This document shows positions 1 to 11,715 of a DNA stretch of 22,180 nt, piece after piece. The notes under the pieces are model-generated. The model was given only the letters and a program-made list of their open reading frames with translations. It did not search any database and was not told where the DNA came from. The DNA is from Psammoneis japonica (lineage: Eukaryota). How positions within the stretch are numbered: the stretch's first letter is position 1; each line of letters begins with the position of its first letter. The DNA lies in NCBI GenBank assembly GCA_008632985.1, contig QPGO01000261.1:62001-84180 (forward strand). Reading direction: 5' to 3'. Both the position numbers and the translations under genes were made by a program.

Positions 1-1063
1 TGCCTGTAGTAAAACCAGAAAGCGCTGCACTGACTCTTCATAGAAATCGTCGTGTGCCTTGTCCGCCGCCACGACCAGTAAAAAGAGCGACGACGCGTCA
101 TGAATGGTGCCTGCCCGACAGCATAGTCTTGCTGACCGCCGCAGTCATAGACCATTAACGTAATTGGATCATCGCTGTATCCTTCGGGTGCATCTATCTG
201 CACAGGTTCCACATTGAGATAGATGGTCCGTTCCTCCTCACCCTCTGTGCGCGCCGGGAAACGGCCCGCAATGGCATTCCGCAGGCTCGTCTTTCCTGCT
301 TCCCCGTCCCCCACGAGCACCGTCTTGAGCTGTCTGGATGTGGTTGCCTCCCCTTTGTCCACGGCTTCAAAGTAACGAGCAATCGCCCGAGGCCCGTTGG
401 CAACCTCGGGCGGGGGTTCCAACAGTGGATTACCATCCACATTAAAATATTTGCACGTTCCCTCAAGTTTCACAAAGGAGCGTGGAAGTCTTGTAATGTC
501 ATTGTGCTCAATGTCCAGCTTTGGAGATTGACGCCAATGTTGGTTCTTCTAGGCTTTTCCAATGGCCGGCACCCTTGTCTCCAATGGAATTTGTAGAGAT
601 AAAGCACGTCAATGTTTATTCGTTCTAGAGCTTTTCCAAAAGCCACGGCACCCTCGTCTCCAATGGAATTGCTGTCGAGATTAAGCTCCGTCAATGTTTT
701 ATTCGTTTCTAGCGCATTGCCAATGGCCGTGGCACCCTTGTCTCCAATGGAAGTCCAGCCGAGATAAAGCCCCTTCAATGTTTTATTCTTTTCCAATGCT
801 TTTCCAATGGCCGCGGCACCCTCGTCTCCAATGGAATTGCTGTTGAGATAAAGCCTCGTCAATGTTGCATTTGTTTCTAGTGCTTTTCCAATGGCCGTGC
901 GCCCCTCGTCTCCAATTGAATTCCAGCCGAGACCAAGCTCCGTCAATGTTGGATCATTCTCTTGGAAGCGACGAATTTTCTCTTGCTCATTTTGTGGCAA
1001 AGCGACGACCCAATCCGCTGTCACGTCAATGCTGCTGCTGGAACTTGCCGAAGACTGTTCCAT
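1..1063 (-). CDS. LRR-Roc (ROCO family) GTPase, 5' part, runs off the window start; contains frameshifts
   Basis: ATG at 1063 (MEQSSASS...), followed by 28-aa RI/NLRC3-like LRRs (LxxLxLxxNSIGDEGAxAIGxALExNxTL). After indels at ~520-630 a frame not in the ORF track reads KLDIEHNDITRLPRSF..VDGNPLLEPPPEV..AIARYF..LKTVLVGDGEAGKTSL..RTIYLNV..LMVYDCGGQQDY. This gives a P-loop at 311-285 and a Roc G3 motif DxGGQ at 146-132. A further frameshift near 90 is needed to read LFLLVVAADKA. Confidence 0.88.
556..960 (-). repeat. 84-bp tandem LRR-coding repeat, about 5 units
   Basis: The motif TCTCCAAT(G/T)GAA recurs at 909, 825, 741 and 657 (exact 84-bp period) and at 578 (79 bp, a unit with small deletions). 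Confidence 0.9.
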
Positions 1064-1658
1064 GATTTTGAAAACGAGACTTGTTTCCAAGCACTCCTGC
1101 AGCGCCAGTATCTTTTTCGTTTCACTCGAATATTTTGCGCAAGGATGAGTCGTCGTCCGTCACATTCGTTGGCTGCGTTGCCTCTCTGCGATGAAACTGC
1201 TCGAATGGAACGGAGCAAATGTGTTGGTGTATCTGACGAGAAGAGACAGTATAGTATCAAGGATGGGAATGTTATATTGTAAATGGATAATGGCTCTTGC
1301 ACAAGGGTAATGGCGATGCGGTCATGCCACACAAGATCCAAAGATGCCAAATGCCGGAGGAGAAAACGGAAGAAGAACATAAATCCTCATCATTCTCGTG
1401 CGTCAGTGGCGTTTTGCGAACGGATTGATTCTGATTCCTTTTTACAGTTAACTTAGTACAAGAGACTACGTTGAAAACTGAAGAAAAAGGAATCTTGGGC
1501 GAGTGTATCTTTTGATAGATCGTCACCCAATCAAAAAAGAACACCGCCGCACTCGTCCATTCATCACAGCCATCCCCATGCATCAAAGGAAACCCAGTTG
1601 CATCACTGCTGTTGCTCTGCTCTAGCACACATCACACACTCGAAAACAAACAAACAAA

Positions 1659-2685
1659 ATGGGAAAAAAGACAGCTGATGCGAGTCTCAAGGGCAAAAAG
1701 CCCATTCATCGAGGCACTTCAAAGACTGCCATTACGTCCAATCCGGGTCGGATCGGGAACAAGCTGAAACGTTCGGAAATGTACGGAAAGTATCTCATGG
1801 AAAAGAAGCGTCAAAAGAACATGGCTCGTCGCCAACGCGCCAAGGAAGCCGAGGCACTCGGAGAAGAAGCTCCGGAAAAACCCACGCCGCGAACTCTTGA
1901 GAACACGCGAGAGTTGGAACCGACGTTGGTCAAACCACACGATGAAGAAGTTGCTGCCGACCAAGCCGAAAGATGAGTTTGCACCCTACTTTAACGATCA
2001 AGTACGGCCCAAAATCCTCATCACCACAAGACCACGTCCGTCGAAACAGCTCTTTTATTTTATTGCAGACTTGCAACGATTCTTTCCGCAAATGCATTTT
2101 TATCCTCGCAAATCTTTTACAGTCAAGGAAATTTGTGGCTTTGCGGCCAATCGCGGCTTTACCCATTTGATTGTGTTGAGTGAAAAGTCCAAGGTATGCA
2201 ACGGCATGACCATATCCCATTTACGTGTGCATGACGGACACGTGACGGCCGGTCCCACGGCCTTTTTCAAGGTGAGCAATGTCATTACGTCGACGGACGT
2301 TCCCAATCACGGTTCGGCCACTAGTCACATTCCCGAATTGGTCTTGAACGGATTTGGAACACGACTTGGACATCGTGTTGGGCGCTTTTTGGGAAGTTTG
2401 TTTCCGCACAATGCGCAGTTTCAGGGACGGCAGGTGGCAACCTTTCACAATCAGCGGGATTTTATTTTTGTGAGACATCATCGATATGTCTTTGAGCCTT
2501 CCAAGAATATTAGCAAAGAAACAAAGCAACCCAAGACCAAGGCGAGGTTGCAAGAATTGGGACCTCGATTTACTCTCAAGCTCCGGTGGATTCAGGAGGG
2601 TACGTTTGATACCATGTTTGGTGAATATGAATGGATTCACAAGCGCAAAGAGATGGACACGACGCGGAGAAAGTTTCACTTGTAA
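1659..2685 (+). CDS. RPF1: Ribosome production factor 1 (Brix domain), with one +1 frameshift
   Basis: ORF 1659-1976 (IGNKLKRSEMY..PRTLENTRE..DEEVAADQAE) joins ORF 1897-2685 (DEFAPYF..PKILITT..PTAFFKVSN..PELVLNGFGTRLGHRVGR..FHNQRDFIFVRHHRYVF..LQELGPRFTLKLRWIQEGTFD..RRKFHL). Removing one A from AAA at 1969-1971 gives ADQAEDEF. Confidence 0.95.
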
Positions 2686-4095
2686 GATTCTAGTGTTGAC
2701 GGTAACTCAGCTGATGATTGTTAATGATCTAGTCTTTGTTAGTTTTTTTAATGTAGTGCTGTAATGCTAAAGAATGTGGACACGAATTGGAAATGACCAC
2801 CAGTTGGATCGCTGTCGTATGTTCGAGATGCCGCCGCCGTCTTGCACCATTTCGTTAAGTCATACGAGACACTGTCTTCTGCCTCGTCTCGTGTCAAGGC
2901 TCGTTCTTGTCCACCAAAACAAAATGCTATGTGCGGCCCACCAATGCGATTCAGGATCTTGCATCATGCTTGTTCCTTCAACTCATTCAAGGAATTCAAC
3001 TTGTGCCCTCCAACCTTGCAGAATGCGGTCCTGCACACAGTTGGAGAGCACTTGTGCTTGACTTGATGGCAGTGGAGGAGATTCTCCGTTGATTGCCTCA
3101 CAGTCATGTCACAGCAAGATTCAAGGGTGGCTGCAGAGTTGCAAATGCTCTGGAGCAAGACACGATGGATTGTTGGGAGGATTGAAAATGTGTCTCGCCG
3201 TTGACAGACACTCAAATTGCAATTGTGGCCCAAAGACAAAAGTGAGAGTTGGGTGGCACTTGGCAAAACAAGCATTGGTGACAATTGTCAAGAGCACAAC
3301 AGTCATGTGGTGCTCCAACCCAAAAAGAGCTCACCTGGAAGGGTGCCACAAAAAAAGTGCAGGAAGGAGTGGAGGGGTGCATCATTTTGCTCTTGCAATG
3401 AAAAACAGAACAACAACAAAAGCAATTGTTCTTTCTGTTTTGCCCTTTCCTTGCTTCCAGGCTGCTGCTCTCATTGTGGCCCAAGCAAGAATGAGCTGCA
3501 GGCACCAAGGTTGCAGGGTTGGTGGGTGGCGGGCTGGTGCAGCTCGCGGCATGCTGCTTCACGCGCCATCAGCCATGCAGCAGGCTGCACAAAGGATGGA
3601 GAGATGATGATGGGCTCCAGCTCTCTGCAACACGCAAGAGGAGCCTCAAGGGTGCTCACAATGAAGCTGCAGTCTCTGGAGGTGAACACTCAAGTTGGCC
3701 AATTTGTGGGGGCTGTGCATCTGACACAGACATCCGAGATGGGGAGCACACCCCCTTTTGCAAGACAGACTGGCATGGACAGGGTGAAGAGATCCGATGA
3801 TCTCTCCTTTGCTCACTTTCTTTCTCCTCCAGTGCATGATTGCCATCTGTCCTAGATGTTGTTAGATTGTCCCAATGCCAGCAGTCTGCAAGGTCATGAG
3901 CAGCAGTGCGCTGTTTTTGTCTTCCTCAATGCAACCACATTTCAACACCCACTGTGTGGTTCGGCGGTGTTTCTCTGTTGAAATCATCGTCTTTGTCACA
4001 GCCTTTTTTCTTTCTTGATTTGTGATCATCACAACCACCATGGAACACAAACCAGTGCTCCATGCAGGATTTTGATTTTTTTTTCCTGAGCAACC

Positions 4096-6239
4096 ATGGT
4101 CAACAAGAACACAGCTGCCATCGATTTGACCAAGATCAAGCCAACATTGGTCAACCTCACACCGGAACATTGCTTGCCCGATGCCCATTGTTTTGCCTGA
4201 ATGAGCTTCACTCAGACAAGACACCTGCTCCTGAAGATCTTCTGGATGAGTTCACTCCTCCCAACCTCAAGAGCAGTGCTGTTGCAACTCTCTTTCACAA
4301 AGTTCTTCAGGAGGATCTCATCATCCCAAAAGCTGCACTGACCAAAGATCTTGCACAGATTGCAGTGCTTGTGGAGAAGGCTGCTCTCTTTGTGGCTGTC
4401 CCTCAAGGTTCTCCAATTCACCTGAACCACACCAATCTTCACAAGGCTGTGATCAAGGCAATCTCAGACAATCAGGACACCACGATGACCCATGTTGGGA
4501 TTGTCTGTCTCCATTTTTATGCTGCTTTTCAATCTTGTGAATGTTGGAATGATGTGTGTGATGCTCCATGCCCAGAACCTTCTGCTGCCCCAAGTTCATC
4601 ACCTTTGCCAGCTGCTGCTGCAGGTTTCACTCCTTGTGACTTTGCCAAGGCCTTGGCTGCTCTGCCTGGTCCAAAAGACTGTGAGAATGCCACAACCAAT
4701 GCACCAAAGAGCTCTTCATCCCCTTCCAAATCTTCTGCCACAACCCTCACCCCATCAAGTGTCCTTTGCACCTTCAACCCAAAAGGATTGCCCACAGATG
4801 CACCAGCGCATTGCCAACACAAAGAAGATGGAAAGGTGATTTTAGGAACTTCACTCACCCGCTGCAAGTCTGGAAACCTCTGCTGTGAAGATGGGCTGAA
4901 TGTCTCATGCTTGCTGGTGGCTCTCTTTTTGTTCATTGTGCTGGATGGGATGCAAAATCCTTCCTGCAGGATCCTCTTGCTTGCAATGACATTTCTCCTC
5001 AAGGAATTGTGCATTGCACACTGCTGCAACTCAACAAGCCACCATGGCATGTGGCACGTGCATGCATCCCCTCTGGTGTTTTATCAAGGATGGCAGCAAT
5101 TGGGGGTTTGCAAGTGGCAATGATCCCACTGATGACCTGCAGCTTCAAATGTGGGGCCCACTTGATCAGATGAAATGGACTGTCTTTCAGTGCATTCAGA
5201 AGGTTGGACTTTTTTCTGCTGACTCCACGTGCCCTGACATTGTTCACCAATGTTGTGGAGATGGACATGCCGCTCTCAAGATGATCCCATTTGATGTTCT
5301 TCCTGTTTGGACAAAGCTTCCATTCAACTCATCACAAGCCACCAGCACCAGAACAACCTTGCTGTTGTCAGCTGCCATGCTCTGTCCCAAGACTTCCTTC
5401 AACTTCAGGCAATCATCTCCAATGTTGATGCATCCCTTTATGATCCCAGTGAGCTTAATGTTTTTCTCAGCAATGCCTGTCATGTTGAACGTCTCCACTG
5501 CAAGACTGCTGAAGCCCATGAAGACAAGAACAAGAAGCGTCAGTTTGCCCAGCAGAAGATTGTTGAGACTGTTGCTGTGCTTCTCAAGGAACCGGATGGT
5601 CCTGCTCTCTGTGTGACTCCTCCCCAAGTGTCCACCACATTGCATGCACAATCAGACCCCTTGCCCACAAGTGAATCCTCCTTTGGTGGCACCCCTCTGC
5701 AGTCTTGATTTGCCAGCTGCTGATGATCCATCTGATCAGCTGACTGATGCTGAGAAACCCTCCATGGAGCTGTCTCCTCCTCCAGTGGAAGTGCCCCCTG
5801 AAACTGTGGAATTCTTTGTCAATGAACACTTGCTGCCATGGAGGTGCCCAGGATGATGAAGCACAGGTGCTGCATGGTGTGTTTCCAAGGCTTGTGTCTG
5901 TGGGCTCAAGGCTGCACCATCCCTTGCACAGAATTGTCCTTGCCTTGTTTGTGGTGGTGACCATTGCTTTGCTGATTGTCTGGTGCCAAACAATGCTGAG
6001 TGCTTGAAATCTCACCTCTCATCCAATTTAGCCAATTTCTTCAATGCAATCAGTGTGCTCAAGCCACATTGCTTGGGGCTGACAAAACCAAAGAGGATGG
6101 CTCTGCTCCCTTGGATTGTTCTTGGGGCCATTGTCACATTCAGATGTGCAATGCCACCCATCCACCACCAATCTGAAACCACCACATTGCCAGCAGGGCA
6201 ACTGTGAAAGAGAGTCCAACCGATTCATCACCTTCCGCT
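4096..6239 (+). mobile_element. Outer Ty1/copia element A, degenerate gag region (left of the nested insertion)
   Basis: A fragmented reading frame starts at ATG ~4096. It includes DIVHQCCGDGHAALKMI and ALSQDFLQLQAII..ELNVFLSNA, resembling diatom copia gag, and a zinc knuckle CLVCGGDHCFADC (CX2CX3HX4C) at 5941-5979. A tentative short LTR-like TGTTG...CAACA lies at 3857-3947. Confidence 0.7.
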
Positions 6240-6488
6240 TGAGCAAATTGTGATGCATCATGTGGAGTCTGGTGTGCTGTGTGCTGTTGCACATCAGACA
6301 TCAGCAACAGTTGTAGCTCAGTCAACTGTTGAGATGTGGTGTTGGAGCAAAACTTGATGGGTCATCCTTCAATGGTGCTCACTTGTTGCACACAGTCGCA
6401 ACAGGCCTTGGAGCATCTTTGGGATTGTTGTTTTGTTGTCATGCCACCACTGTGAGTGGCTGAGCCATCATGCAGCTGGATTTGCTTG
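6240..6488 (+). repeat. LTR 1 of element B
   Basis: Similar to 8980-9229 and 11716-11957. Starts TGAGCAAAT and is followed by a PBS-like motif. Confidence 0.9.
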
Positions 6489-6500
6489 CTTTGTCAGAGC
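6489..6500 (+). promoter_or_regulatory. Primer-binding-site-like motif (second copy at 9230-9241)
   Basis: CTTTGTCAGAGC lies directly after the LTR. It resembles the tRNA-Met PBS TGGTATCAGAGC with TA->TG, but the match is only partial. Confidence 0.55.
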
Positions 6501-6723
6501 CACAGTCCACACTCAAAGGTTTTTTGGTTGACACATGATGACAAGCATGAAAGTTGATGGTTGTGTCTTGATGGCACAGTTCCAATGACAACTGCCGACT
6601 GGCTTGAGGGTGCACACCAATGAGCATTGCCTGGCATCAGCGCATGTGCAAAGCAGTGTTTTGACATGATTCTTCTGACACAATGGCTGCTCTCTCTTGA
6701 TGTTTGATGACTCAGGTTTCACC

Positions 6724-7950
6724 ATGGTGGCTTTGCCTCCAAACCCAATGGAAACAGTCCTCAACTGTAACTGGATCAGTTTTCAGTTGCCTGCTCAGCG
6801 CAATGCTGTCATGACCAATGCTGCTGCATTTGATGGTGTCGTGGACATGAAAGAGTCCAACATTGATGTGCTTGCATTGTCCCACGCAAGGAGGACTGCC
6901 GCTGAAGGGCATTGTCACTTTGGATTGGCTTGAACCCATTGTCTCAAGTCCTCAATCCATTGGGTGCAGGATTTTGAATGTGCAAGCAAAAATCTGACCA
7001 TTGATGGTTTGGATCAGGTGAGGTTCCATGATGCACTGTCTGCCACTTTCACAAGGGCCAAGATTTGCAACCAGATGAGGGAGCAATCCAAGTCTGTTGC
7101 TTGTGAGGCATCTCTTGGACTCTTGGAGAGCAACAAAGGCTTGGGCAAAATGGAGTGCTGCCTTCAAGAACAAGCAAGCAGTGGATCAAGGAGCACCGCA
7201 ACAGCCAGAATGGTCATCTTTGCTGCAAGTCACTGGAGAACCACTGCAAGGGCAAGGGCAATGCTGCCTGTTGCATCTCGGAAGCTGAGCATCCAGAGAG
7301 TGCTCTCTGCAGCAGAAGTGAGCATTCCATGATGTTTGAGATGTTTGTCATCAAGCTTCAGGAGATGTTCAACATTTTTGAGGAAAATGACAAACCCAAG
7401 ATGGAGGCCCAGAAGCTGTGCTTGTCATTTGACAAGGTGCAGCACCAGCAACTGCAGAACACTGTGGAGACCCTGAAGGTGCAGAACAAGTTTGGAGGTG
7501 GGATCACTTTTGCCACTGCATGCAACCATCTTGCCACAAAAGTTGCTGCACTCTCAGAGACAGTTGCACACCATTGTGTGATTTCTTCTCTTGCGTCCGG
7601 AGTCAGCAAGGAAGGTGATTCCATTTGCAATGAAGATGGATCCATTGACACTGGATTTGACAAGAACTGGTGTCAATTTAGCAAGGAAGACAAGAAGAAG
7701 GTTGTGGACAAGTGCTTGTGCCTGGGACTCAAGAAGAAGCCAAGCAACCCAAAGCATCATGCTGCATCCGTCAAGTTGCTCAAGGAGAAGAATCGGAAGC
7801 TGTCATCCCAGCTTGAACAAGTGAACCACACTGTTTCTTCCCTCAGCACTGGCAACAGCACTGACACTGCTGCAGACAATGCTTTGGAAAGAGGCAGCAA
7901 AGGTGGCAACAATGCTGGAGATGTGTTTGGGGGACACCAGAACAAGTTGA
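6724..7950 (+). pseudogene. gag of element B, copy 1 (copy 2 at ~9463-10685)
   Basis: MVALPPNPMETVL..HFGLA*THCLKSSIHWVQDF..KQWIK..SLENHCKGKGNA..MFEMFVIKLQEMFNIFEE..ITFATACNHLA resembles diatom CoDi gag. It contains stops, frameshifts and internal deletions. Confidence 0.8.
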
Positions 7951-7957
7951 TTGCTGT

Positions 7958-8910
7958 GTGATTTTTGACATCAAGTTGGGAGAGAACTTTTGGCGCAAGA
8001 GCAGAATGGTGGTGGGTGGTCACATGACTGATGCCCCATCTGCTGTCACCTGCTCCTTGGTTGTTTCCAGGGATTTGGCAAGGATTGCTCTTGCTCTTGC
8101 TGCACTCAATGACTTGGAAGTGTTTTTGCCTGCGACATCCAGAACACCTGCTTGACAGTGTCATGCCAAGAAAAGACATGGACTCATGCTGGCGAGAGTT
8201 TGGTGGGGAGAGCAGCTCAATTGTGGTGGCATTCAGGGCTTTCTTGGTGGAGACGCTTTGTGATCCAGGGTGCAAGCCCAGTGAGGTGGACCCCAATGTT
8301 TGGATGCAACCCGCAGTGAAGCCAGATGGGTTTGAGCACTGCAAGTGCATCTGGTGCACATGGACAATTTGTTGTCAATCAGTCACAAGCCAATGAATGC
8401 CATGGATGGGGCATCAAGCTAAAATTCAAGCTCAAGGACAACAAGGTGGTGGAACCGCCCCGACTCCTGCTTGGGTGCTCAGTTGGCAAAAATGGACTTA
8501 GCTGACAGCACCACTTGCTGGATGATGTCAGCAGAGGCGCATTTTCAGGCAGCAGTTCAGAATGTTGAAGAGAAGTTGGCCAAGCAAGGGAAGAGATTGA
8601 TGATCAAAGCTTGCGCACCCCTGAGCAGTGGACACAAGCCGGAGCTGGACACTCTGGGTGAACCAGATGCAGAAGGTCTCAACTGCTGCCAAGAGATGAT
8701 TGGCATTTTGGTTTGGGCAGTGGAATTGGGTGGAGTTGATGTCCATCTGGAAGTCTCCATTGTGTCAGCTCACCTTGCCTTGCTGCGCATTGGTCATTTG
8801 GAACAGGCATTGCATGTCTTTGCACATCTCAAACAGGTTCCAAAGCATTGGGTGGCATTTGATCCTCCACATCCGGTCATTGTCAAGACCAGATTTCAGA
8901 AGTGCAATGT
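7958..8910 (+). pseudogene. Copia reverse transcriptase fragment of element B, copy 1
   Basis: IFDIKLGENFWRKSRMVVGGHMT..VVSRDLARIALALAALNDLEVF..AFRAFL..DPNVWMQPAVKPDGFEHCKCI-LVHMDN (YVDD site at 8357-8368)..HKPELD..CCQEMIGILVWAVELGGVDVHLEVS..GHLEQALHVFAHLK. Protease, integrase and RNase H are absent. Confidence 0.92.
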
Positions 8911-8979
8911 GACTTGTGCGCTGGTTGAATTGTGTCCATCAAGTGCATCCTTGACTTGTCAGAAACATTTCAAGAGGAC

Positions 8980-9229
8980 TGAGTAAATTGTGATGTGTCA
9001 TGTGGAGTCTGGTGTGCTGTTGCACATTGGACATCAGTCATTGATGGATGGAGCTCGCTCAGTCAACCATTGTGATGTGGTGTTGGAGGGAAACTTGATG
9101 GGTCATCCTCCAATGGCACTCACTTGTTGCGTGCAGTTGCAACAGGCCTTGGAGCATCTTTGGGATTGTTGTTTTGTTGTCATGCCACCACTTTGAGTGG
9201 CTGAGCCATCATGCAGCTGGATTTGCCTG
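8980..9229 (+). repeat. LTR 2 (central, shared, chimeric) of element B
   Basis: Preceded by the PPT-like CAAGAGGAC and followed by the PBS-like motif. Its 5' part matches LTR 3 and its 3' part matches LTR 1. Confidence 0.9.
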
Positions 9230-10692
9230 CTTTGTCAGAGCCACAGTCCACACTCAAAGGTTTTTGGTTGACACATGATGACAAGCATGAAAGTTGATGG
9301 TTGTGTCTTGATGGCATGTTCCAATGACAACTGCCGACTGGCCTGAGGGTGCACACCAATGAGCATTGCCTGGCATCAGTGCATGTGCAAAGCAGTGTTT
9401 CGACATGATTCTTCTGACACAATGGCTGCTCTCTCTTGATGTTTGATGACTCAGGTTTCACCATGGTGGCTTTGCCTCCAAACCCAATGGAAACAGTCCT
9501 CAACTGCAACTGGATCAGTTTTCAGTTGCCTGCTCAGCGCAATGCTGTCATGACCAATGCTGCTGCATTTGATGGTGTCGTGGACATGAAAGAGTCCAAC
9601 ATTGATGTGCTTGCATTGTCCCACACAAGGAGGACTGCCGCTGAAGGGCATTGTCACTTTGGATTAACTTGAACCCATTGTCTCAAGTCCTCAATCCATT
9701 GGGTGCAGGATTTTGAATGTGCAAGCAAAAATCTGACCATTGATGGTTTGGATCAGGTGAGGTTCCATGATGCACTGTCTGCCACTTTCACAAGGGCCAA
9801 GATTTGCAACCAGATGAGGGAGCAATCCAAGTCTGTTGCTTGTGAGGCATCTCTTGGACTCTTGGAGAGCAACAAAGGCTTGGGCAAAATGGAGTGCTGC
9901 CTTCAAGAACAAGCAAGCAGTGGATCAAGGAGCACCGCAACAGCCAGAACGGTCATCTTTGCTGCAAGTCACTGGAGAACCACTGCAAGGGCAAGGGCAA
10001 TGCTGCCTGTTGCATCTCGGAAGCTGAGCATCCAGAGAGTGCTCTCCACAGCAGAAGTGAGCGTTCCATGATGTTTGAGATGTTTGTCATCAAGCTTCAG
10101 GAGATGTTCAACATTTTTGAGGAAAATGACAAACCCAAGATGGAGGCCTAGAAGCTGTGCTTGTCATTTGACAAGGTGCAGCACCAGCAACTGCAGAACA
10201 CTGTGGAGACCCTGAAGGTGCAGAACAAGTTTGGAGGTGGGATCACTTTTGCCACTGCATGCAACCATCTTGCCACAAAAGTTGCTGCACTCTCAGAGAC
10301 AGTTGCACGCCATTGTGTGATTTCTTCTCTTGCATCCGGAGTCAGCAAGGAAGGTGATTCCATTTGCAATGAAGATGGATCCATTGACACTGGATTTGAC
10401 AAGAACTGGTGTCAATTTAGCAAGGAAGACAAGAAGAAGGTTGTGGACAAGTGCTTGTGCCTGGGACTCAAGAAGAAGCCAAGCAACCCAAAGCATCATG
10501 CTGCATCCGTCAAGTTGCTCAAGGAGAAGAATCGGAAGCTGTCATCCCAGCTTGAACAAGTGAACCACACTTTTCTTCCCTCAGCACTGGCAACAGCACT
10601 GACACTGCAGACAATGCTTTGGAAAGAGGCAGCAAAGGTGGCAACAATGCTGGAGATGTGTTTGGGGGACACCAGAACAAGTTGATTGCTGT

Positions 10693-11648
10693 GTGATTTT
10701 TGACATCAAGTTGGGAGAGAACTTTTGGCGCAAGAGCAGAATGGTGGTGGGTGGTCACATGACTGATGCCCCATCTGCTGTCACCTGCTCCTCAGTTGTT
10801 TCCAGGGATTTGGCAAGGATTGCTCTTGCTCTTGCTGCACTCAATGACTTGGAAGTGTTTGCCTGCGACATCCAGAACACCTGCTTGACAGCATCATGCC
10901 AAGAAAAGACATGGACTCATCCTGGTGAAGAGTTTGGTGGGGAGAGCAGTTCAATTGTGGTGGCATTCAGGGCTTTCTTGGTGGAGATGCTTTGCGATCC
11001 AGGGTGCAAGCCCAATGAGGTGGACCCCGATGTTTGGATGCAACCCGCAGTGAAGCCAGACGGGTTTGAGCACTGCAAGTGCATCTGGTGCACATGGACA
11101 ATTTGTTGTCAATCAGTCACAAGCCAATGAATGCCATGGATGGGGCATCAAGCTAAAATTCAAGCTCAAGGACAACAAGGTGGTGGAACCGCCCCGATTC
11201 CTGCTTGGGTGCTTGGTTGGCAAAAATGGACTTAGCTGACAGCACCATTTGCTGGATGATGTCAGCAGAGGCGCATTTTCAGGCAGCAGTTCAGAATGTT
11301 GAAGAGAAGTTGGCCAAACAAGGGGAGAGATTGCTGATCAAAGCCTGCACTCCCCTGAGCAGTGGACACAAGCCAGAGCTGGACACTCTGGGTGAACCAG
11401 ATGCAGAAGGTCTCAACTGCTGCCAAGAGATGATTGGCATTTTGGTTTGGGCAGTGGAGTTGGGTGGAGTTGATGTCCATCTGGAAGTCTCCATTGTGTC
11501 AGCTCACCTTGCCTTGCTGTGCATTGGTCATTTGGAACAGGCGTTGCATGTCTTTGCACATCTTGGGCAGGTTCCAAAGCATCGGGTGGCATTTGATCCT
11601 CCACACATCCGGTCATCGACAAGACCAGATTCCAGAAGTGCAATGTGA
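10693..11648 (+). pseudogene. Copia reverse transcriptase fragment of element B, copy 2
   Basis: Near-identical to 7958-8910. ACDIQNTCLTA corresponds to the copia DIxNAYL motif, and HMDN is at 11091-11102. Confidence 0.92.
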
Positions 11649-11715
11649 CTTGTGTGCTGGTTGAATTGTGTCCATCAAGTGCATCTTTGACTTGTCAGAA
11701 ACATTTCAAGAGGAC

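Noticed and set aside
556..960. CRISPR-like array
   Set aside because: The periodicity is 84-bp coding LRR units without unique spacers, in a eukaryotic context with no cas genes.
1064..1658. Short ORFs, or a defined bidirectional promoter, between the divergent ROCO and RPF1 genes
   Set aside because: The ORFs lack recognisable homology. Promoters must lie here, but no specific element can be supported from sequence alone.
1965..1976. Programmed frameshift or pseudogenisation of RPF1
   Set aside because: A single extra A in a homopolymer of an essential, otherwise intact gene, with similar indels in the ROCO gene. An assembly error is far more likely, and no slippery site or intron is evident.
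7958..8910. Alternative genetic code or RNA-editing-dependent TE genes
   Set aside because: Flanking genes use Tyr normally, changes hit LTRs and codon junctions, copies differ in direction, and the frames contain deletions and stops.
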